DNA of 27,191 nt from Candidatus Hydrogenedentota bacterium (GTDB lineage Bacteria; Hydrogenedentota; Hydrogenedentia; Hydrogenedentales; SLHB01): the NCBI GenBank assembly GCA_029974275.1, contig JARKSN010000333.1:1-27191 (forward strand). The letters run 5' to 3'. The notes under the pieces were generated by a model. That model saw only the letters and a list, made by a program, of their open reading frames with translations, was not told the origin of the DNA and did not search any database. Positions 17,961-26,598 of this stretch are shown in pieces (positions within the stretch are counted from its first letter, which is position 1; every line of letters begins with the position of its first letter). Made by a program: the position numbers and the translations under genes.

Positions 17961-20188
17961 GTGTCTCCTGTGTCCGTCAGGCGACGCAAGCTCAGCACAA
18001 GGCCGGCGAACGCCACGATGACGAGGGCGATTGCGCTGATGACGCTCCCAAGCATAAACGGCAAGGGACGGTAAAGGAACTGAAGGACATGTGGTCCTTC
18101 GGGCGTGTACACGCCTCGAAACAAGACGTTGACGTCAAGAATAGACGCCGGGCGACCGTCGAGCGTCGCGGTCCATCCTGGTGCGCGGGTGTCGGTTAGA
18201 ACGATGATGCCGGACTGGGGGACGTCAACGCGAACGGTGATGCGCTCGGGCGTTGTTTCGTCAATGACGCAGGAAAACGGCGGCGGCGTTTGCGGCGGCG
18301 CGGGAGAATCGGGCAGGGAGCCTGCCGTGTGGCGATCGACGACGCATTCCGCCGCAAGATTGAAGTCCGGCCGCATCAACGTATCCAGAGCGGACTCCTC
18401 CGGCGCGGTCCTCCATGCCGGCGTCCAATATGCCCGCGGCAGGGCGTCTTCGTTCTGAAATACGCGCAATGTGCCAGCTTGCGACGCTTCCCGTAGCCGC
18501 GCCCCTCGGGCCAGCAGCCGTTCGGCATGGCCGTGCGCGCCGGAATCTTCCATCAGCGCGCGCACGCTCATCGCGTGCAGGAGGTTCGCCGTGCGTTTTT
18601 CCCGGTGGCCGTCGCGCGCATCCTGATTCGCGAAGAGCGCGTCGCGCCATTCCCGCTGTCTGGGCGTCATGGCGCCGACATCGCCGTTCGCAGCGGATAT
18701 GCCGTACAAAAGCCCCACTTGTTCCGGAAGGGCGCGGGTGAGCAGCATGGCCCTTCCGCCGAAAGATTGTTCCTGGAGCGCGGTGATTGACTGCTGATGC
18801 CGTTCATACGCAACGGCGGCGGCGTCGAATGGGCGAGCGCCAGTCACCCGGCCGGCCTCCCACAAGTCCGCATACAAAAACAGCGCCAGGAGCATTCCCG
18901 AAAAGGCGCTGCTCCATCGCGTGCGGAAGAGCAGAAAAGGGAGCAGCGCCAAGACGCAAGCGAACACTCTGCCCCGGATATCGCCGCCTGCCGCCACGAA
19001 TAGGACGAGGGCAAGGAGCAGCGTCACGATCGCGGGTTTCCAAACCGGCTCCGATCGAAAATCCTGCCATGGAGTGAGCAGCCGGTCGGCGCCAATGCCC
19101 GCGAGAACCGTGAAACAGAAAACGGCAGGAAAGGCGAGCGCTTCGCGCGGAAAGCCGAGCGGCAACCGTTCTACGGTCGCTCCCGCAGTTGTCAGAACGA
19201 TGAGGAATCCGCATACGAGAGCGCTTTCGCGCCAATACCTCCGGTGCAGCGCGGCGGCCGGAGCCAGAAGCAAGGGGATAACGCCAAGATATGCGAGTCG
19301 AGGAACTATGCCGGGGCGCGGCGCAAGCATCTGCAGCGGAAGATCGCGCAGCCGATGCGGCGTTTCGGCCTGGCCGACGGATCCCCACAATGCACGCGCG
19401 GGCTGGTCCAGTTGGGAAAGCCAGAACAACGCCGGAAGCCATTGGATAGCGGTCAGCGTCAGCATGATGCCGAGGGAGAGTCCAATTCCAATGAGGGCGT
19501 CGCGCCGGTGCATCCGGCTCCCGGTTATAACGGGCGGACGCATCGCCGCAAGGAACAGAAAAAGCGCCGCAAGCGCAAGGAACATCGTGGCTGCGGCCGT
19601 TGCCCCGGAGAGAAGCAGCAACCCTCCGCTCACTCCGACGCCCAAGGTTTGGCCTTTGCCGGGATTTCTGCGGAATTCGCTCGCCGCCCAGACAAGAACC
19701 GGTCCCCATGCCAACGCGGCGGCGACGGATGGAAGGCACATGCCCGAGACCGCCGCGCCGGAAAATGCATATGCCACTCCTGCCAGAAGAGAGGGCGTGT
19801 ATCGCACTCCCAACGATCGGACAAACAGGGTCGTAGCCGTGCCCATCAGGACAAGGCTGAGTAGGGCGTTGAGCGGAGCCGCGCGTTCGGGCGAAACGAA
19901 CAGGAAGACCCAATTCAGCGGCTGAAACAGGCCCACGCGCGGATCGGCCAGGAAGGGCGCGCCGCAGAGCTGGCGCGGGTTCCAGAGCGGCACATGTCCG
20001 GCGCGGAGTTGTTCAAAGCCGTACTGCAAGGACGGATAGACGACGTGGCGGAGGTCGGCCTGTTCATGAGGCGTCATGCCTCTGTCCGGCGGCGGCGCAA
20101 CGCCAGTCCAGAACACCGGCGCGGCAACGATAAACAGGAGGGCCGCCCCGAAAAGCCGCCGCGCACTGTATCGGCTCTCTGCTTCCAT
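17948..20188 (-). CDS. YfhO-family polytopic membrane protein (GT-C fold glycosyltransferase-like)
   Basis: PLWNPRQLCGAPFLADP N-terminal motif; many TM helices; C-terminal ALPRAY, PGWTATLDG, NVLFRGV, G.HVLQFLYRP. Confidence 0.8.
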   Translation of the reverse strand: MEAESRYSARRLFGAALLFIVAAPVFWTGVAPPPDRGMTPHEQADLRHVVYPSLQYGFEQLRAGHVPLWNPRQLCGAPFLADPRVGLFQPLNWVFLFVSPERAAPLNALLSLVLMGTATTLFVRSLGVRYTPSLLAGVAYAFSGAAVSGMCLPSVAAALAWGPVLVWAASEFRRNPGKGQTLGVGVSGGLLLLSGATAAATMFLALAALFLFLAAMRPPVITGSRMHRRDALIGIGLSLGIMLTLTAIQWLPALFWLSQLDQPARALWGSVGQAETPHRLRDLPLQMLAPRPGIVPRLAYLGVIPLLLAPAAALHRRYWRESALVCGFLIVLTTAGATVERLPLGFPREALAFPAVFCFTVLAGIGADRLLTPWQDFRSEPVWKPAIVTLLLALVLFVAAGGDIRGRVFACVLALLPFLLFRTRWSSAFSGMLLALFLYADLWEAGRVTGARPFDAAAVAYERHQQSITALQEQSFGGRAMLLTRALPEQVGLLYGISAANGDVGAMTPRQREWRDALFANQDARDGHREKRTANLLHAMSVRALMEDSGAHGHAERLLARGARLREASQAGTLRVFQNEDALPRAYWTPAWRTAPEESALDTLMRPDFNLAAECVVDRHTAGSLPDSPAPPQTPPPFSCVIDETTPERITVRVDVPQSGIIVLTDTRAPGWTATLDGRPASILDVNVLFRGVYTPEGPHVLQFLYRPLPFMLGSVISAIALVIVAFAGLVLSLRRLTDTGDTWTL

Positions 20189-20195
20189 TACCCCC

Positions 20196-21194
20196 TCACG
20201 CCAACATGTCGCGCACGCAAACGCGTCTGTCCTCTTTAATGGCGCGAACGACGGCGTGAGTTGCCGCCAGACTGTTCAGGTTCCGCGCGCCGCTGGTTTC
20301 CGGCTCTTCGCCGGTGTCCAAGGATCGGGCGAACGCCTCCAGCAAATAGGCCTGATGTTGCACCGGCATTTTCACCAACGGCACGCGCTTGGCCGCGCCA
20401 TCGGCATGGGACACGCGCAACACGTCGTTCGTCCATTCGAGCGTTCCCGACGCCCCCGCAAACCGCCAGTCCGCATTCCACGACGTTTCGGCCCCTTGCG
20501 CCACCCAACTTCCGAAATAGTTCACCGCGCATCCATTGTCGAGCACGAATTGCGCCATGGCCGTCGCGTCGCCTTTGTTCCAGTTCCACGGCGCATTGAC
20601 GCTCGTCGCCTGCACCGAAACGATGTCGCATCCCGTGATGCAGCGGATCATGTCGATGTGATGGATCGACATGTCCAGCACAAGCGGATAGGCCATCTCT
20701 TCGCGAAACCCGCCGAAACGCGGGCCCTTGTGAAAGGAGACGCCGATATAGCCGATCGGTCCGATCGTCCCGTGCTGCGCCAGGCGCCGTGCGGTCTGGG
20801 TGGCGGGCTGAAACCGGTAGTTCTGCGCGACCATGTACGTGCGGTTCGCCTTCGCGGCGCTTTTCACGATGGCCTGGGCATTGCGGAGGGTATCGGCCAG
20901 CGGTTTTTCGGAGAGCACATGCAGTCCCCGCGCAAAAGCCGCCTGGCAAACGCCCTTGCGAAATTGCTGCGGGGTCACGTCGATCAGGGCGTCCGCCTCG
21001 ACGTCCGCCAACGCCTTGTCCAGGTCCGTGTAGCACCGCGTCTTGGGGACGCCGTACTGTCGGGCCGCCGCAGCGAGATGGTCCTTGTTCGTATCGACAT
21101 AGGCCGCCGCTTTCCAACACGTCGAGCCCGCAACGGCGGCCGTCCACACGCCGCCCATGCCGCCCACGCCAACAACGATGATGTTCCGTTTCAT
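20196..21194 (-). CDS. Gfo/Idh/MocA family oxidoreductase
   Basis: Start MKRNIIVVGVGGMG (Rossmann fold) with GGAGG RBS; HVLSEKPLA, QNYRF, DMSIHHID. Confidence 0.9.
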   Translation of the reverse strand: MKRNIIVVGVGGMGGVWTAAVAGSTCWKAAAYVDTNKDHLAAAARQYGVPKTRCYTDLDKALADVEADALIDVTPQQFRKGVCQAAFARGLHVLSEKPLADTLRNAQAIVKSAAKANRTYMVAQNYRFQPATQTARRLAQHGTIGPIGYIGVSFHKGPRFGGFREEMAYPLVLDMSIHHIDMIRCITGCDIVSVQATSVNAPWNWNKGDATAMAQFVLDNGCAVNYFGSWVAQGAETSWNADWRFAGASGTLEWTNDVLRVSHADGAAKRVPLVKMPVQHQAYLLEAFARSLDTGEEPETSGARNLNSLAATHAVVRAIKEDRRVCVRDMLA

Positions 21195-21291
21195 ACTTGC
21201 TTGCTTCCTCCCTCCACGGTGAAAAATCATGCTTCGGCGAATCGTACCACTTGGCTTCGGGCGCTTTCCATGCGTGCGCCGCGCGCGTCCG

Positions 21292-22728
21292 TCAAAACGC
21301 CTTAGGAGACGCGCCCGCGTCTGGCTGCGCTTGACGCAGTGCGGCGTCTGCGGCGCGTTTGAGATCGCGGACGGCCTGATCGGCCGTTTTGAGACGGGCC
21401 AGGATGGACGTTTCGGCCAATTCGACGATGTCGCGCACCCGTTGCCACCCGGCCAGGTTAGGCTCGGGACGCGCATACGACAGGCAATCGAACGCGGTGC
21501 GGTTGTCGGGCCATTCGCTCCAAAACGCTTGCATGCCGGGGTCGCTCGCGACGGATCTTCGCACCGGCATATAGCCCGTGCCCAATGCCCATCGCGCAGA
21601 TATTTCCGGAGACGTGAAAAACGTGACGAAGGCCCATGCGGCGCGTTGTTGCTCGGGCGTAGTGTTGAAAATGACCACGTTCGGGCCATAGAGCACGGTG
21701 TGCGGGTCGGCTGGATCGGCTTGGGGAATGGGCGCGATGCCCCAGCGGCTGTGGTCGCCCTCCATGAGCGTCTCCATGCTGGTCCGATGCGAACTCGATC
21801 GGAACGCGAATGCGGCGCGATCCTGCGAGAGGGCGATGCGGTCGTCGTAGGTGTCGGGCGTGATGGGGTAGGCGAGCCCCTCCTGGCTGAGGGTTTCGAT
21901 AAGCCGAAAGACTTTCAAGGCTTGCGGCGAATCGTACAAAGTCTCGCGCCCCCGGACGACGTCGCCCCCCATGCTGTAGATCATGCCATTGATGGTCGAA
22001 CAGTCCACGCTGATGGGATAGGCGGCCCGGCCGGTTTTTGCCTTGATCCGCCGGCACTGGCCGAGAAACTCGTCCCATGTCTTCGGCGGCGCATCAATGC
22101 CCGCCTCGGCCAACAGCCTTTTATTATAATACATGACTAACACGCTTTTGGCAAAGGGAAACGAGAACATCTTGTCGCCGAAGTCGGGGTAACGGTTCGT
22201 TTCGAGCACCGCCGGGAAAAAATCGTCGCGCGCCGCCGAATCAAGACCGGTTCGCGGGTCCGCCGCCAACGATTCCAGATCGATGACGGCGCCCGCCAAC
22301 ACGTACTCCGCAGTCATGCTTTCGTATGCGACCGCCATTGCAGGAAGCTTCCTGGCCTGGATGCTCGCCGACACCTTGCGAAAAATTTCGCCGTACCCTC
22401 CGATGTACTCCGCCTCGATGGACGGTCCCGGGCGGTTCGCGTTGAACTCGCGAATGAATTCCTTGAGGAGTTCTGCGGTTTCCGTGGTCTGACGGTCCCA
22501 GAAAAGGGCTTTTTCGGAATCGATCGGCAGAAAAGGCGATCCCGCGGATGTTCCGGTCGAAACGGGCTTGATGCATGCGGCAACGACCATCACGACAGCG
22601 GCGATCCCCAACGCGCCGCAACAGGGCAGCGGTCGAAGGCGCGCGGCGAACCTTGGCGATCGGAGACGGACGCGCCGGCTAGCGCACGTCGCGCGAGAGG
22701 CTGTCTTGAACCAATGGAGCGAGGGCAT
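21292..22728 (-). CDS. ABC transporter sugar/G3P-type solute-binding lipoprotein (start uncertain)
   Basis: Hydrophobic stretch with lipobox-like VAAC; FPFAKSVLVMYYNK, PPKTWDEF, AAWAFVTF, TGYMPVR. Confidence 0.85.
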   Translation of the reverse strand: MPSLHWFKTASRATCASRRVRLRSPRFAARLRPLPCCGALGIAAVVMVVAACIKPVSTGTSAGSPFLPIDSEKALFWDRQTTETAELLKEFIREFNANRPGPSIEAEYIGGYGEIFRKVSASIQARKLPAMAVAYESMTAEYVLAGAVIDLESLAADPRTGLDSAARDDFFPAVLETNRYPDFGDKMFSFPFAKSVLVMYYNKRLLAEAGIDAPPKTWDEFLGQCRRIKAKTGRAAYPISVDCSTINGMIYSMGGDVVRGRETLYDSPQALKVFRLIETLSQEGLAYPITPDTYDDRIALSQDRAAFAFRSSSHRTSMETLMEGDHSRWGIAPIPQADPADPHTVLYGPNVVIFNTTPEQQRAAWAFVTFFTSPEISARWALGTGYMPVRRSVASDPGMQAFWSEWPDNRTAFDCLSYARPEPNLAGWQRVRDIVELAETSILARLKTADQAVRDLKRAADAALRQAQPDAGASPKAF

Positions 22729-23641
22729 GAGCGATTTCCTCGTGGCCTGCGCGGGTTAGATGGACGCGGTCGATGAAAAGGTCCGCGCGAACAGGAATTG
22801 CCGGCGCGAGATCCTTCCACGGAATGCGGCGCGCGTCCAATGCGGCGGCAATTCGCGCCGCCTGCGCGGAACGGTCCGGCGCATACTGATCCGGCAAGAG
22901 GACGACCAGCAAACGCGCCACGCTCGCCAGTTCTGCGGCGAGCCCCTTTAGGGCATCGGCGTTGGCCTCGACGCACTGGTCTTCGTTCAGGGCGTGGCCT
23001 GCCCACACCACGGGATAGGCGAACGCGTCTAAGCCGAAACGATCCTTCAAGCGGAAAATTGCCATGCCCATCGCTTCCGGCAGCGCCCAAGAAGGCTTTC
23101 GCGTCGGGAAAAGAGGGCTTTCGCCTCGCAGTTCCACCTTGGGAGGACGCGTGAAATCGCGGACGATCGCGCACACAACGACAAGGTCCGGCGCGAGAGC
23201 CCGCAGATTTCCCCGGTACAACGCCGCCATCTGCCCTATCGAGTAGCCGTTGACGCCGGCATTGATGACTTCCGCGCCGGATAATCGCTCTTCCAAGCGA
23301 GACGTGAAGAGGCCGTCCTGGCGCTCGCGAACGCCGCCCCATGTGACCGAATCGCCGAGAATCAGCACGCGCCGCACATCCGGGTCTTTCGCGTCAAAAG
23401 CACGGCTGTCCCGCACGCCCCATCGATTGATGGAGATGGCGTTGCGCCCATACGTAACCGTCTGGCTGGGCTTGAGGCGGTACCCCGCTTCCGAGTCCTT
23501 GACGTACAAGATCGGGCGCGACAGCCCCAGCCACCGCAACGTCAACTCCAGAATCGCCAACGCGATCGCCCCCACAAGGACTCCGTTCCGAAACGCGCGG
23601 GTACGAGCGGCGCGCAATTCTGTCGAGGTCGAGTCGTTCAT
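22679..23641 (-). CDS. SGNH/GDSL hydrolase-family protein with N-terminal membrane anchor
   Basis: LGDSVTWG, EVINAGVNGY, DRVHLTRAGH catalytic blocks; LELTLR TM motif. Confidence 0.85.
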   Translation of the reverse strand: MNDSTSTELRAARTRAFRNGVLVGAIALAILELTLRWLGLSRPILYVKDSEAGYRLKPSQTVTYGRNAISINRWGVRDSRAFDAKDPDVRRVLILGDSVTWGGVRERQDGLFTSRLEERLSGAEVINAGVNGYSIGQMAALYRGNLRALAPDLVVVCAIVRDFTRPPKVELRGESPLFPTRKPSWALPEAMGMAIFRLKDRFGLDAFAYPVVWAGHALNEDQCVEANADALKGLAAELASVARLLVVLLPDQYAPDRSAQAARIAAALDARRIPWKDLAPAIPVRADLFIDRVHLTRAGHEEIAHALAPLVQDSLSRDVR

Positions 23642-23704
23642 GAGGCGTCCTGCTTGCCGACTCCGGCTCGCGCATGCGGCCGGGGCGGAGCGTCCCGTTC
23701 CATG

Positions 23705-24454
23705 CTATGCGTGGCGCGGGGCGATCTCTTCGGGCGGATTAGGGCAATGGCCGCGCGTGACAGCCGCCAATCCCGAGGGGGCCGCCCATCGCACGCTGTT
23801 GTAAATGACCTTCAACACGAGTTCGTTGTGGTAGATAGGCAATGTTTCGTGCCCCGGGCTGAAGTAGAAGACCTTGCCGCGCCCGCGATGCCAGCAGCAG
23901 CCGCTGCGGAACACTTCGCCTCCCTGGTACCAACTGATGAACACCTGCTGGTCCGGCTGGGGAATATCGAAGTGTTCGCCGTACATTTCCGTCTCGGGGA
24001 TTTCGATGCACTCCGGCAGCCCTTCCGCGATGGGATGCGACGGGTCGACGACCCACACGCGCTCGCGTTCGCCGATCTCGCGCCACTTCAACTCGCAGCC
24101 AGTGCCCATCAGCGCTTTGAATATTTTCGAGAAATGGCCGGAATGCAGCACGACCAGCCCCATGCCGCCTTGCACCACGCGATGCTGCACCCGCGCCACG
24201 TTTTCGTCCGTGACGAGATGATGCGCCATGTGTCCCCACCAGGTCATGACGTCCGTCGTGTTGAGAATCTCATCCGTCAGGCCCTGCTGTTCGTCCGCAA
24301 GCTCGACCGCGCGAACGGACGCGATGCCGGGCTGGCGTTCGAGATATTGCGCAATTCGGCGCCCCATTCCCATGGGGTAAACCTTTTGCACCGCCTCGTG
24401 CTCGCGTTCATGCACCCCTTCGTTCCATACCGTCACGCGAAGTCCACTGCTCAT
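23705..24454 (-). CDS. thuA: trehalose utilization protein ThuA family
   Basis: RVTVWNE, YP.GM, WWGHMAH, GMGLVVLHSGHFSK, EMYGEHFDIP, GGEVFRSG, YFSPGHET; GAGGAGG RBS. Confidence 0.88.
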   Translation of the reverse strand: MSSGLRVTVWNEGVHEREHEAVQKVYPMGMGRRIAQYLERQPGIASVRAVELADEQQGLTDEILNTTDVMTWWGHMAHHLVTDENVARVQHRVVQGGMGLVVLHSGHFSKIFKALMGTGCELKWREIGERERVWVVDPSHPIAEGLPECIEIPETEMYGEHFDIPQPDQQVFISWYQGGEVFRSGCCWHRGRGKVFYFSPGHETLPIYHNELVLKVIYNSVRWAAPSGLAAVTRGHCPNPPEEIAPRHA

Positions 24455-24708
24455 GTCACACCTCCTCATTCACATTTCCATACATCGGGAGTTCATTTTT
24501 CAAGGAAAGGCCCCCCAGGGGCAATCTCTTTTGTTGCAGCATCTTTTTCTATCGGCGTTTATCCAGGGTTCTCTTTCGCATCGTTCCGCGCTGGAGGCCA
24601 TGGCGCGCTACGATGGCCTGGCGCCGCGTGGCGGCGGTCCAAAACTTTCACACAAACCGCGCCGCATGTCAACCGCGCCGCTTTCCGGATCAGTCGTAGG
24701 CCGTGACG

Positions 24709-25323
24709 TCACCCGCGCGCCGCCAACAACGACCGGATGTCCTTGATCAGGCGTTGCATTTGGCTGGGGTCGATGCCGTCATAATATCCCCGGATATGAC
24801 CCGTGCGGTCGACCAGGACCAATCGCGAGCTATGCTCCGCAGGGTCGTCCAACCGGCCCAGCTTGAAGCCCTTTGCCGCCAGAAGATGTATCGTCTCCGA
24901 GGGCCCCGTCAGGAAATGCCACATGCGCGTATCGGCGGAAAATCGCGCGGCATACGCCTTGAGAATCTCCGGCGTGTCATTGTCCGGGTCGATGCTAACG
25001 GAAACGAACTGCAGCCCGGAGGTTCCGCTGAACTCGGCCGCCGCTTTGCTCACGTTTGCGTTCATCACGACGCAGGATTCTTCGCAGCGGGCGGAAAAAA
25101 AACCGATAACCCATACCGAGTCCGCCAACGACTCGCCCGAAAACTCCCGGTTGTCGGAGTCGATCAACGCAAACGGCGGAACGCTGTGCAATACGGGCAG
25201 ATCGGGCTCCTCCCGGTGCGCCGTTCGATGCTTCGTTCGCGCATTGTGGACCCACGCCGCCGCCGCCAATGCCGCCGCCAGCGCCGCCATGCTCAACGCC
25301 AATGCCACGCGCCGTCGTGCCAT
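24709..25323 (-). CDS. SCO1/SenC family protein
   Basis: N-terminal TM; F..RCEESC (CxxxC), SVSIDPDNDTPEILKAY, WHFLTG, HSSRLVLVD. Confidence 0.88.
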   Translation of the reverse strand: MARRRVALALSMAALAAALAAAAWVHNARTKHRTAHREEPDLPVLHSVPPFALIDSDNREFSGESLADSVWVIGFFSARCEESCVVMNANVSKAAAEFSGTSGLQFVSVSIDPDNDTPEILKAYAARFSADTRMWHFLTGPSETIHLLAAKGFKLGRLDDPAEHSSRLVLVDRTGHIRGYYDGIDPSQMQRLIKDIRSLLAARG

Positions 25324-25466
25324 TTCGAGACTGCGCCCCCCTTCGGTCAATCGGCCTATCCCAGATCATCGCATGCTCACTGTCCGTGAGAGAACGTTCT
25401 CGCGCACGGTTTGCGGCACAGCAGGATGGTGTATCATACCGAAGCGCTGAGGCCGACGCAATTGGG

Positions 25467-25601
25467 CGACGCCCACATCAGGGCGTAGGAATAGGCAACA
25501 ACGTCTTGGACACAACCTTTGTGCCCCAGACCCAAGGAACCATCCGGTGCAAACGCCAACTCGGCGGAATCATCAAAGACTACTACAGAGACGCCGCCTG
25601 A
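25467..25601 (+). mobile_element. C-terminal remnant of an integrase-core-domain (rve) transposase
   Basis: RRPHQGVGIGN...GTIRCKRQLGGIIKDYYRDAA* matches, from recall, the R.HQG..N / C..RLGG.L..Y.R.AA C-terminus of rve-type IS transposases; upstream part is missing. Confidence 0.65.
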
Positions 25602-25682
25602 GCACGTAGGCATTTTGTCGGGCACGTTGGCCAATGTCTGTACTGCGTCTATAGTTATATCTATTTATAAACATTACCCATT

Positions 25683-25823
25683 CCGCAACATCGCCAGCCC
25701 TCCCGAAAACACCCCGTCGCGCCGCAAACTCTCTTCAAACTGGAAAACCAGGCGTCCCATCAGTTACATTTCCGCCGTAATAGTATGATGGAAGCCGTTT
25801 GCTATATTTTGGCACAGGTCAGT
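25683..25823 (+). repeat. copy 2 of ~140 bp dispersed non-coding element
   Basis: About 91% identical to the reverse complement of 12778-12917 (manual alignment). Confidence 0.9.
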
Positions 25824-25919
25824 CTTGGTCGCCAGGTTGTCCCGATCGTCGTAGGCATAGTCTTCCTCATACTGGCGCACATCGCTCGCGTCCTTGTATG
25901 CCGCCGGCTCCACCGTCTT
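25821..25919 (-). pseudogene. Rhs/YD-repeat fragment
   Basis: Hand translation KTVEPAAYKDASDVRQYEEDYAYDDRDNLATKT, a YD-type repeat; preceded by an in-frame stop and cut off at the repeat element. Confidence 0.55.
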
Positions 25920-25943
25920 CTATTCCCCGCCCTATTTCCCATA

Positions 25944-26540
25944 CTATTTACATGGAACTACAAGGCGCATATCTGGCTCGAGCGGAACAACCGGAGGTTT
26001 TCCAACCTTTACTGTTGAATCCGTGCGCGCGGCACGTCGTGCAGCGCGCCAAGCATCATCTTCTGGGGAAGGGATATCCTTGCTTAGGTCGTCCAAAACT
26101 ACCTTAACACCTTTGAAATCGCCTTCGGATATCACGGCCACGACGTCGATAACAGTTCCAACAACACGAAACCCTCGTTCCCGTATATCAACGCACTTGA
26201 GTCTTGTACCAGCGGGAATAAAGCCAAGGACATCAGGGTACTTGGTTGGGTCAGCGTCATATTCTGCTCTAGACTTCGGGCCATCCCAATAGCCACTACC
26301 TCTAACATTTCCGGTCGGCACAAGAACACAAAATGACGAGTCAATTTGCTTCTTGAGAACCGAGCATTCTAGTGTCACCTGATACATACCATCAAGAACA
26401 TACCCACCATGGAGTGACTCATTTGCTTTCACACTTCTATTGACGTAGGAGGCCCATCCAATTAACGGCCTAACACATCCAATAATACAGATCAACAAGG
26501 TAAGGAGTGATACCGCCCTTAGGCAATATACTAGTCGCAT
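25944..26540 (-). CDS. putative immunity lipoprotein for the Rhs toxin
   Basis: Immediately downstream of the Rhs gene, low GC, signal peptide ending in lipobox-like IIGC. Confidence 0.55.
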   Translation of the reverse strand: MRLVYCLRAVSLLTLLICIIGCVRPLIGWASYVNRSVKANESLHGGYVLDGMYQVTLECSVLKKQIDSSFCVLVPTGNVRGSGYWDGPKSRAEYDADPTKYPDVLGFIPAGTRLKCVDIRERGFRVVGTVIDVVAVISEGDFKGVKVVLDDLSKDIPSPEDDAWRAARRAARTDSTVKVGKPPVVPLEPDMRLVVPCK

Positions 26541-26598
26541 GTCCGAAAATCCTTCCTTTGTTGCATTTTTACTCTATTATAAACAGAATCTTTCTCGG

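Noticed and set aside
12778..25823. Intact composite transposon bounded by the inverted 140 bp copies
   Set aside because: No target-site duplication (flanks ACGAAGA vs CTTGGTC), no intact transposase, and the cargo looks chromosomal.
25785..26018. ORFs starting MME..YILAQVS in both repeat copies (also 11956-12816)
   Set aside because: Similarity stops at the repeat boundary; the rest runs out of frame or antisense into unrelated genes, and there is no RBS.
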